In this document: one piece after another, positions 49,532-57,398 of the stretch
Position numbering within the stretch: the stretch's first letter is position 1
Layout of the letters: every line of letters starts with the position of its first letter
From: an archaeon
GTDB taxonomy: Archaea > Nanobdellota > Nanobdellia > Woesearchaeales > GW2011-AR9
Assembly: GCA_018670085.1 (NCBI GenBank)
Contig: JABHRS010000035.1
Span: 70,189-134,188, forward strand
DNA: 64,000 nucleotides
Direction of reading: 5' to 3'
Program-made: the position numbers and the translations under genes
Notes under the pieces: model-generated
Databases searched by the model: none
What the model was told of the DNA's origin: nothing
What the model saw: the letters and a program-made list of their open reading frames with translations, nothing else

Positions 49532-51018
49532 TTAGCCACCATCCCAAGTTCGTGCCTATAACTTACAGCTTCAATCCTATACCGATCTCCACCAATAAAT
49601 CCATCTTTATCTTCTTCACATCTCTCAATTATATTCTCAGCCCACTCATATACAGTGCCTTCTTCCAATATTTCTGGAAACATAATGTTAAATTCATTTA
49701 CAAAATGATGATCTAGGGAATAATCATAAGCCTTAATTGCTGAATCCATCGCATGTAAAGGTAATTGTAAAAATATTTTAACATGTGATTTATCTAAATT
49801 TTTCATTAACTCATAAAAACCATCAGATGATTTAGAATAACTTTCAAATCCAGAATGTTTTGAAGCATCAAGGTCAACTGCAGTGTACAACAAGTTTAAA
49901 CATTTCTCAGTTAATTGATCATTATCAAAATCCCAGGAACAAATCCCATTTTTTAAATAAGCAAAATTTCCTGAAACTGTTTGTAATAATTTAAAGAGTG
50001 AATCTTTTCCTTCATTTTTCCACCAAGCTTGTCTTCTATCTTCACAATATTTATTCGTAACTTCAGCATCAGTGCAGATTCCATCAATTAATAAATCACT
50101 AACTTCAGCACTCATAGTTTCAGTGTTATTATTCCAATGATCATAAATTTGCCCACATTTTGTTGCATCTTGTTTTAAAATATTAGCTAATTCAACCCCA
50201 ATATGGTTATATAAATTTGTAGGCCAGTTAGTAATAATATCCCAAGCTAAACCTAAATCACCTCCAAGTATATCAATGATCTCATCTTTTAAATAACTAA
50301 TTTTCATATTTCCAACTTTAAAATTATTACTAATATCTCCTAAATTAAGTAAAAAAGTCTTTTTATCTTCATTATCAATTTTTAATGAACTCACAATATC
50401 TTTAGAAAATAATTCAAATCTACCTTTATCAGTGTTCAAAGAGCTTAACACAGCAAAAATATCAAGATGATTTCCGTTTAATTTAGAGATCAGTTCATCT
50501 TTATTTCTCAATAAAAAATCTAAAGGTAAATTTGAAAAAGATTCATACTTTAAAGTATCATTTTTGAAAATATTTTCAATTAATTTAGATTCGAACTTAG
50601 TATATTTAGCCTCATCCCAAGTAAGTACTGCTTCATAAGAAAACTTCTCTACTCCATCAAGATTAAGAAAACTATCTAGAGTATTATGTAAATACTCAAA
50701 TCTCCAATTATCAAGCACCATCCCAGAAGTGAATAAACTACATTCAGGAAAGTACTTAGCCAAAATATTTCCAGTGAGTTCCAAACTTTCTTTAGTCCAT
50801 CTTTTTAACGCAGAATATGCAAAATTATTAGCATTTCCAAGATTTACACATTCAGGATCATCTGTATCACACAACTGATACAAACTTTCTTCCAATGATT
50901 TAGCAAAAAGTTCAAATTGGCTAAACTCTAATCCTCCTTCTTCTTCAGGCAACCCATACTTCAAAGATTTAGTTAGATCAGAAAAACCAGCTTCAATTAA
51001 TTTATCATCAAGACTCAT
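49528..51018 (-). CDS. Paralog 2 (496 aa); C-terminal module FNIMFPEILEEGTVYEWAENIIERCEEDKDGFIGGDRYRI
   Basis: There is an ATGA overlap with the upstream gene, and GATGGTGG lies upstream. It is collinear with paralog 4 along its whole length. Confidence 0.8.
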   Translation of the reverse strand: MSLDDKLIEAGFSDLTKSLKYGLPEEEGGLEFSQFELFAKSLEESLYQLCDTDDPECVNLGNANNFAYSALKRWTKESLELTGNILAKYFPECSLFTSGMVLDNWRFEYLHNTLDSFLNLDGVEKFSYEAVLTWDEAKYTKFESKLIENIFKNDTLKYESFSNLPLDFLLRNKDELISKLNGNHLDIFAVLSSLNTDKGRFELFSKDIVSSLKIDNEDKKTFLLNLGDISNNFKVGNMKISYLKDEIIDILGGDLGLAWDIITNWPTNLYNHIGVELANILKQDATKCGQIYDHWNNNTETMSAEVSDLLIDGICTDAEVTNKYCEDRRQAWWKNEGKDSLFKLLQTVSGNFAYLKNGICSWDFDNDQLTEKCLNLLYTAVDLDASKHSGFESYSKSSDGFYELMKNLDKSHVKIFLQLPLHAMDSAIKAYDYSLDHHFVNEFNIMFPEILEEGTVYEWAENIIERCEEDKDGFIGGDRYRIEAVSYRHELGMVAK

Positions 51019-54000
51019 TTGGCCACCATCACACTATAAATCATAACAGGATCAACTAATCTCCCAACACTCTCTCGATACCTATCCCCACCAATAAAAT
51101 CATCATCTTCTGTGAACTGATCAATAATTGCCAAAGACCAATCTTCAGCAGTACCTTCTTGAATCATTTGAGATAAATTTTCTTCAAAATATCTCTCTGC
51201 ACCATGAGTTTTAACTATTCTATAAGCATTACTTACTGAGATAAACTCTGAGATAGAAAGCGAGACTAGTTCTTCACTTGGAACTCTATAAGAAATATTT
51301 TTCCAATCATTAATATAACCTTCAGGAATATTAGAATACTGTTGATATAATTTTTGAACTATCCCATCTTGATTAAAATAACCAGTTAATGAAGTATTTT
51401 CTTGTTCCAAATAATTAACTAATCCTCTCATTAGACCACTATTAACGTTTTGTGTAAAACGATAGAAATCTTTTGCTAATAAAAATTCATCCGCGGAAAA
51501 ACCAATTAAATCATCAAATGATAAATCCATTGCCAAACATTTCCAAACATTATGATCCCCAGGATCAACTGTGTCTAAATGATCTTTGATTTTTTGATAT
51601 TTGGAACCAACTATTGAAAAAGCTAACATTAAATCATTTTTATTCTTTAGTTCTTTATTCACATCATTGTAAAAATCAAGCACAGTAAGCCCATTAGAAA
51701 ATAATTTAGAACTTATTCCAAAAGTCATCTCTTCAGGTGATAATTTAACTAATGCTTCCAAAGAAAATTTAACCATAAATGACCCAAAAGTTTCTTTATG
51801 TTCTTCAAGTATAGCACTCTCAACTTTATCTAAATCTTGATATAATTTAAGCTGATTTTCTAACTCTAATTTGATTTGATCCTTATCTTTTTCACCAATA
51901 TCATCAAAAACAGATAATTCATTTCTACCCCATTTCCGGTCATAAACACCTACATGTCGTAATAAGGCATATTCATTATTCCCAAGTTCTAACTCTAACA
52001 CTTTTTCACGGCCAATGATAGGGTTATCAATTAATTCTAAGATAGTTGAACAATGTTTAGAGTCAACTCTGTAAAAGTGGGAAACCAATCTACGATCCCC
52101 AGCAACTTTTAGTGCATCCTTATGTTCAAGATTCTTATTTTTGTGTAACCTGTTTGCTACTTGGATATATTTTGGACCATGTTCTACTGTAGCATTCATC
52201 ATTTCTTCTAGTCTAACACTTCTGTGAAAATTACTAAAGCCAGCAGAACCAAATAACAAACTAGTTTTCATTTCTTGGATCAACACATTTCGATCTACTT
52301 TACTCAACCCAAAATAGAAATCAGTAAATGGTTTTAAAGAAACTTCTTCATCTCTTCCAATTTCAAAAGATCTAAGACTGTTAGCTTTTCTCCAATCTTC
52401 ACTAAAAGCTGCAAAACCTTTATCTGAAAAATCACTATATCGTCTTAATTGTAATCCAATTGAAGATGCCTCAAATCTATAGCATTTTTCTTGCTCAGAG
52501 TCATGTAGTTTAGAAAATTTTTCTAATAACTTATTTATAGAAAGAGTTCCATCCAAAATACGAAGATCAAAGTAGTTTTTCTTCACCATTCTTTGAACAA
52601 TTGAGAAATATTTGGGGTCAACTTCTCTAATTAAATAAGCACAACCTCCAACGTGACCTGAAGCATCTACCAACACTTCCCTCTCTGTGTTAGTTAATTT
52701 TGCAACATAAGAAACACTATCACAATTCTTCTTAGCCAGTTGGACTCTCTTAACCAACCCATACTCTAATCCATTAAAATCTGACATAATTTCACAAACC
52801 TCCTCAACTCTAGAAATTGATCCAGATTCCAAATGTTCTTCCTCAGATTCAATTTTAGCTCCTAACTGCTCTCTACTAGCTATGATAGACAGTTTCTTCA
52901 ACTTATCAGCATCAACTAACATAGCAACTGATTTACCAAGTTTTAACAAAATATTATTCAATCCACGTCTTTCTAATTGTTTTAAAGACATAATTGATTC
53001 AAAGCTTGCGGACTTAGAAACTTGCAAATAATCAACTGAAGATTTTGAAACCCCAGAGAACCCAATATAAAAAGCGGCAGGTAATTTTGATTCATCAACC
53101 AATTCATTCAGAGATTTTGCCCCAATTTTTTGCCAATCATCTAAATTTTGAATTACCTCAAGAGCTCCAGGCCCAGCATCATCATTACAAAAATTATTAT
53201 CAAGGTAAGAATCAACCCCATTTCTAAAATCCAGATTTAATTCTTTATAAAAATCTCTAAATCCACTACTAAACTCATCACTGGAAATAGAGTCAGAGTC
53301 CTTGGTCCAAACTTCATAAAAAGATCTTACTGTATCCAAAAAGTGATTATTAATCTCCCTAAATTTTTGATCCTGTAAATCCACTACTCTCTTCTGAAAT
53401 TTATCTTCTTCAAAACAATCATTCATTCTCTTAATTAACCCAGAACTATCACCATCAGCTGCTTTTTTTATTTCAGAGATCCATCTAGGTGGAGCACCAT
53501 TATCTTTAGCAACAGCTGCATGAATTTTTGGTAAAAAATTTCTTGACAATTGATTTAATAATCGTTTATTCCCTTTAGCTGTAGAATATAATTTTTTCAA
53601 TAAAGGGTTACCAAGAATATAAATCCCCCTCTCACCTACAAAGGACCGCAGATTTTCATAAAATTCCACTTTCTCTTGTTTAGCTCCAGCGCCAACTAAA
53701 TTTTTCAAATACTGTTTAGATAATCCTTCAGAAAATCTTGCTTCCTCAACAAATCGCTCAGTAGTCAAAAATCTTGATGCTGGAACTTGATCAATATACC
53801 TAATATAAACTTGTTGAAGTGAATCTGAACTACTTTCAATCAATGTTTCAATTTTTTTGGAAACAGACAAAACATTTTTTCGTTTCATCCCAGTTGCCAT
53901 TGAAGATAACAAATTTGATTTCATTAACTTCTGAAAATAAGATCTTGATCCTTTTTTTCCACTCTTAGCGTAGATCATAAAAGCTTCAAAACGCTGATCA

Positions 54001-54461
54001 AATCCTAGCTCAGTATAATTTCTACTCAATAAATCCAAACTTTCATTAGTAGATTTTATCACGCTTCGATATTCCCTACCGTTCAAATCTCCAAGTTGAT
54101 CAAAAACTAAGTTTAATAGTTCAGGGGATTTCTCAAATTCCCTTTTTTCTGCTAACAAGAATGTTTCATCCATTCGATATTGCAGTTCAGAGATATTTTC
54201 TGCATCGTCTTCAATTGAATGTTTATTAACCAAATTTTCTAAAGCGCCAATAACTATTTCAGAATTAGTATTAGAAGAATTAGCTAATTTATGAGCATAA
54301 TGTAGTACATTATTAACATCATATTTTAAAGATAAAGATAATTTATCAAATAATTTCAAAATAGAATCCAAATTGAATTTTGATAAAGCAGGTATCTCAT
54401 CAACAAGTTCATCACTAAAAATAGCTCCTAATTCATCATCAACAATATATCCAAGTGCCAT
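51015..54461 (-). CDS. Paralog 1 (1148 aa); large helical protein ending in the module YFEENLSQMIQEGTAEDWSLAIIDQFTEDDDFIGGDRYRE
   Basis: It is the first gene of the coupled array. GGCGGTGATG lies upstream of its ATG. An oligo-T run (coding strand) at 54501-54523 separates it from the AAA+ gene. Confidence 0.8.
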   Translation of the reverse strand: MALGYIVDDELGAIFSDELVDEIPALSKFNLDSILKLFDKLSLSLKYDVNNVLHYAHKLANSSNTNSEIVIGALENLVNKHSIEDDAENISELQYRMDETFLLAEKREFEKSPELLNLVFDQLGDLNGREYRSVIKSTNESLDLLSRNYTELGFDQRFEAFMIYAKSGKKGSRSYFQKLMKSNLLSSMATGMKRKNVLSVSKKIETLIESSSDSLQQVYIRYIDQVPASRFLTTERFVEEARFSEGLSKQYLKNLVGAGAKQEKVEFYENLRSFVGERGIYILGNPLLKKLYSTAKGNKRLLNQLSRNFLPKIHAAVAKDNGAPPRWISEIKKAADGDSSGLIKRMNDCFEEDKFQKRVVDLQDQKFREINNHFLDTVRSFYEVWTKDSDSISSDEFSSGFRDFYKELNLDFRNGVDSYLDNNFCNDDAGPGALEVIQNLDDWQKIGAKSLNELVDESKLPAAFYIGFSGVSKSSVDYLQVSKSASFESIMSLKQLERRGLNNILLKLGKSVAMLVDADKLKKLSIIASREQLGAKIESEEEHLESGSISRVEEVCEIMSDFNGLEYGLVKRVQLAKKNCDSVSYVAKLTNTEREVLVDASGHVGGCAYLIREVDPKYFSIVQRMVKKNYFDLRILDGTLSINKLLEKFSKLHDSEQEKCYRFEASSIGLQLRRYSDFSDKGFAAFSEDWRKANSLRSFEIGRDEEVSLKPFTDFYFGLSKVDRNVLIQEMKTSLLFGSAGFSNFHRSVRLEEMMNATVEHGPKYIQVANRLHKNKNLEHKDALKVAGDRRLVSHFYRVDSKHCSTILELIDNPIIGREKVLELELGNNEYALLRHVGVYDRKWGRNELSVFDDIGEKDKDQIKLELENQLKLYQDLDKVESAILEEHKETFGSFMVKFSLEALVKLSPEEMTFGISSKLFSNGLTVLDFYNDVNKELKNKNDLMLAFSIVGSKYQKIKDHLDTVDPGDHNVWKCLAMDLSFDDLIGFSADEFLLAKDFYRFTQNVNSGLMRGLVNYLEQENTSLTGYFNQDGIVQKLYQQYSNIPEGYINDWKNISYRVPSEELVSLSISEFISVSNAYRIVKTHGAERYFEENLSQMIQEGTAEDWSLAIIDQFTEDDDFIGGDRYRESVGRLVDPVMIYSVMVAK

Positions 54462-54543
54462 AGTATCTTACATCACCGCCCAACAACACCTTTAAAAGAT
54501 AAAATTAAAAAAAATAAAAAACGATCAAAATCAAAACTCAGAT

Positions 54544-55782
54544 TTAAGGAGTCTGATTAAAGTTAGTTCTCTGTTGTCTTGCCGGAATTAAATTAAGATG
54601 TTCAGCAATGGAAGTTACTGCATCGCGCCTAGTTGCACCATCTCCAGACCCTAAATTCTTAGAACCATATTGTCCAAAACAAATCTGATCAATGCATATA
54701 CGAGTGCTATGAATACTGGCCTTACCAGAACTCATTCCCATCCCAATCAATGAATCATATTCCTTAGCAGCAGCTCTTTGAATCCGCTGCGAAGGTAAAT
54801 GTAAATCAACTTGACTCATTTTTCCAAAATCACTCAAATAAGCAACAACTGCATCTGGAATATTACTAGTTCCACTTAAAGAAAATTTTTTAGTAACTCC
54901 AATAAATTCTGCTAAGTTTAATGCAAATCTTGCTCTTTCAGTGCCATCAAGTGGAAGCAAGGGGGATACTGGCCCAGGTACAGCTGATGCTGCAGCAATT
55001 GGTGCTGACCCAGAACCTGCAACTGCTGGCAAAAATGTTTGATACTTCAATGCACCACTCGGTAATTCAGCATTTTCTCCACTAAAAAAGGAAGTCCAAC
55101 TATCATTAACTTTCTTAAAAAAAGCCAATCTTTTCTCTGAATCATCATAACTAATTGCTCTTTCTTCAAAAGGTAATTCACTTTGATAATTCCAAGCTAA
55201 TGCAGCTTCAAGAGCTGCTGATAAATATTTGAATTCAACATGCACAAATCTATCCGCAACAGAATCTTCTAGTTCCCTTTTATCCAATCGGTTAGTTGGG
55301 TTATAAGATAAAACTCCAAAAAATCCCTCTTTTGCAGAAATCACTGTACCATCACGACGAGTAATTCTTCGTCTATCATCAAATAATGAGTTCAATCTTT
55401 TTTGAACAGTACCAGGTAATTGATCAACTTCATCAGCATAAAAAATTCCACCAGCTGCAGCAGCCTTAGTAGCCACCCCATTTTCCCAAACAGTTTTGGT
55501 TCCGCCGTTACTTTTTAATCCAGGAAATCCAACTAACCCTGATTCAGTCATAAATTCATCACAAGTAATATCATATAATGCTGGTAACCCTGGATCCTTC
55601 CAGTTACCAAAGAAATTTCCCTGAACAACCTTACCAAATTGTTCAACTAATTCCGTTCTTCCAACACCCGGCGGGCCAGACATTGCTAAATGCTCATTAT
55701 TAGTGTAAGTTAAGAATAATCGTTGTACTTCATCAATTCCTTCTGGTGATAGCTGATTTGCAATATATTTCATGTCTTCCAT
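54544..55782 (-). CDS. MoxR/AAA_5-type AAA+ ATPase (CbbQ/NorQ/GvpN-like core) with an atypical Walker A GPPGVGRT and a roughly 200-aa C-terminal extension
   Basis: Walker A is SGPPGVGRT; I confirmed the Arg codon AGA by hand at 55657-55659. Walker B is GGIFYADEVDQL. Sensor-1 region is VLSYNPT. SVADRF is also present. An Ala/Pro/Ser-rich linker and a further domain follow. Confidence 0.8.
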   Translation of the reverse strand: MEDMKYIANQLSPEGIDEVQRLFLTYTNNEHLAMSGPPGVGRTELVEQFGKVVQGNFFGNWKDPGLPALYDITCDEFMTESGLVGFPGLKSNGGTKTVWENGVATKAAAAGGIFYADEVDQLPGTVQKRLNSLFDDRRRITRRDGTVISAKEGFFGVLSYNPTNRLDKRELEDSVADRFVHVEFKYLSAALEAALAWNYQSELPFEERAISYDDSEKRLAFFKKVNDSWTSFFSGENAELPSGALKYQTFLPAVAGSGSAPIAAASAVPGPVSPLLPLDGTERARFALNLAEFIGVTKKFSLSGTSNIPDAVVAYLSDFGKMSQVDLHLPSQRIQRAAAKEYDSLIGMGMSSGKASIHSTRICIDQICFGQYGSKNLGSGDGATRRDAVTSIAEHLNLIPARQQRTNFNQTP

Positions 55783-55871
55783 TTTGGGTATCCTGTATTC
55801 TTGTGTTAAATATGTTTAACCTTAGTAACACCTCAAAATTACGACAAAACCTATGACTCTCAACCTAATTC

Positions 55872-55895
55872 CTCATTTATAAAGCTTTTGTACAG
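55872..55895 (-). promoter_or_regulatory. Copy 1 of the shared 24-nt motif (coding strand CTGTACAAAAGCTTTATAAATGAG), upstream of the AAA+ gene
   Basis: It contains the BRE/TATA-like core AAAGCTTTATAAAT, about 90-110 nt upstream of ATG 55782. See the copy at 44935-44958. Confidence 0.4.
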
Positions 55896-55978
55896 TAATT
55901 ACTCTATAGAAGTGAATTTGATGTGCGAAGGAAGTGAGATATTGAATAAGGTGATAAAAATTAGAACTTTTTTGAATA

Positions 55979-57229
55979 TTAATTATTAATTTTAGCAACT
56001 TTAAGTCGGCCTTTCTTATCTAATTGCCTTGACAAGAATGAAGTTAATACATAATCATGATCATAAAGCAAATGTGCAACCACTTCCTTAAGAGAAAATG
56101 CATCTTTGTAATCAATAATTGCCTGAATTTTCTCATCATCAAAAGCATATTCACAGAAAAATTCCACACAAAATTTCTTTTCATCATCTATTCTTTGTTT
56201 CCAATCATCAAGTTCATAATGTAATCTAGAATCCCATTTTCGGATCACACCTTGATACAAACGCATCGGATGGGTTTCATCTTCGAAATCAGTTACAGCC
56301 CAAATTCCTGCGTGTTCAAGTTTGTACTTTTTAAAAGCCAATTGTAATACAGCTTTCACATCAAAAATTCCTTTATCAGCTGAAGTGTTACAAATATACA
56401 AAAATGCTTCATAAGTTGCTTTACAACATCTAGTAAATAATCTCTCAGTTGCTTTCGATTTATCACTATATTTCCAATCAAAAACTTTAACTCCATAATT
56501 TTCAATTAGAAATTGTTTAGCAGAGTTAATAATGAACAAATTTTTAAAACATTGATATAGTCTCCCTCTTTCATCAAAACAATCAATACTTAAAATGTTA
56601 TGAATTCGATCAGCAAGTTTTACTTGAATCGCTCTTTCACGTGTTTCAAGATCTTTACAGTTAAAGATATAAGAGATAGATTTGTAGTAAAAATCTCGTT
56701 TTAATCTAGTTAGCAGTTTTAATGTTTCAATAATTTTTCCAACAGCAGAAGAGTCAATATTTTCTTTTTCACAAAAATCATACAAATCCTTTTCAAATTT
56801 AGAAACAAGTTTAATCTCATACTCATCTAGTAAAACCTTTCCTTCAGCAGATTTATCATCCAGACCTTTTTCTTTTTTATAAATATCAACCTGCTCTTCG
56901 ATATGATCATGCATTAGCCCACAAAGTAAAGTAATTGTATCTTTAACTCCACTACGTTTTAAATTCAAGACCACATTTAGTGGATGTAAGAAAGATTCAA
57001 AACCATTTTTTCTTGGAGGCATTTCAGAATACAACTCCTGGGATAGGCCATAAAGAAATTCACATAAAGGAAATAGAGGATCACGAATATCAAACATCGT
57101 CTCAACTCTTCTAACTAATTTTAAAGGTTCCCAAGCCCGCAAAGATTCAAAACGTTCTTTTCTTTTTTTTACGCACTCATCAGGATTCATAATATTCACA
57201 TGCCACACAAGATCCAATTCTTCACTCAT
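55979..57229 (-). CDS. HD-domain phosphohydrolase with RelA/SpoT/Mesh1-type motif set, plus an unknown C-terminal domain
   Basis: FLHPLNVVLNL..., then LLCGLMHDHIEEQVD, then VKLADRIHNILSI. This matches the HP / HD(x)xE[DE] / KLADRxHN order of (p)ppGpp hydrolase domains. About 170 aa follow with no recognised motif. Confidence 0.7.
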   Translation of the reverse strand: MSEELDLVWHVNIMNPDECVKKRKERFESLRAWEPLKLVRRVETMFDIRDPLFPLCEFLYGLSQELYSEMPPRKNGFESFLHPLNVVLNLKRSGVKDTITLLCGLMHDHIEEQVDIYKKEKGLDDKSAEGKVLLDEYEIKLVSKFEKDLYDFCEKENIDSSAVGKIIETLKLLTRLKRDFYYKSISYIFNCKDLETRERAIQVKLADRIHNILSIDCFDERGRLYQCFKNLFIINSAKQFLIENYGVKVFDWKYSDKSKATERLFTRCCKATYEAFLYICNTSADKGIFDVKAVLQLAFKKYKLEHAGIWAVTDFEDETHPMRLYQGVIRKWDSRLHYELDDWKQRIDDEKKFCVEFFCEYAFDDEKIQAIIDYKDAFSLKEVVAHLLYDHDYVLTSFLSRQLDKKGRLKVAKINN

Positions 57230-57235
57230 CTTGTA

Positions 57236-57267
57236 TTTTGTATATAAAGTACAATTTGTATATAAAT
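57236..57267. promoter_or_regulatory. Tandem TTTGTATATAAA boxes in the divergent intergenic region
   Basis: Two copies lie at 57237-57248 and 57255-57266. Read on the minus strand, the first gives TTTATATAC about 10-20 nt upstream of the HD gene ATG (57229). That is consistent with a leaderless or very short-leader archaeal transcript. Confidence 0.4.
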
Positions 57268-57398
57268 ATTTGGCTTTGCAACAGAAATAATCCAGAAATA
57301 AAAATAAATAGACAAAAAATTAAATTAAAAATCATCAGAAACATTTATAAAAATAACTTCAAAAGACTAAAACAGAGTTGTTGGTTGCAGTGATAAAC

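Noticed and set aside
42832-57229. Interpreting the locus as a prophage, transposon or integrated mobile element
   Set aside because: I recognised no integrase, transposase, terminal inverted or direct repeats, or tRNA attachment site. By eye, composition looks the same as in the flanking housekeeping genes.
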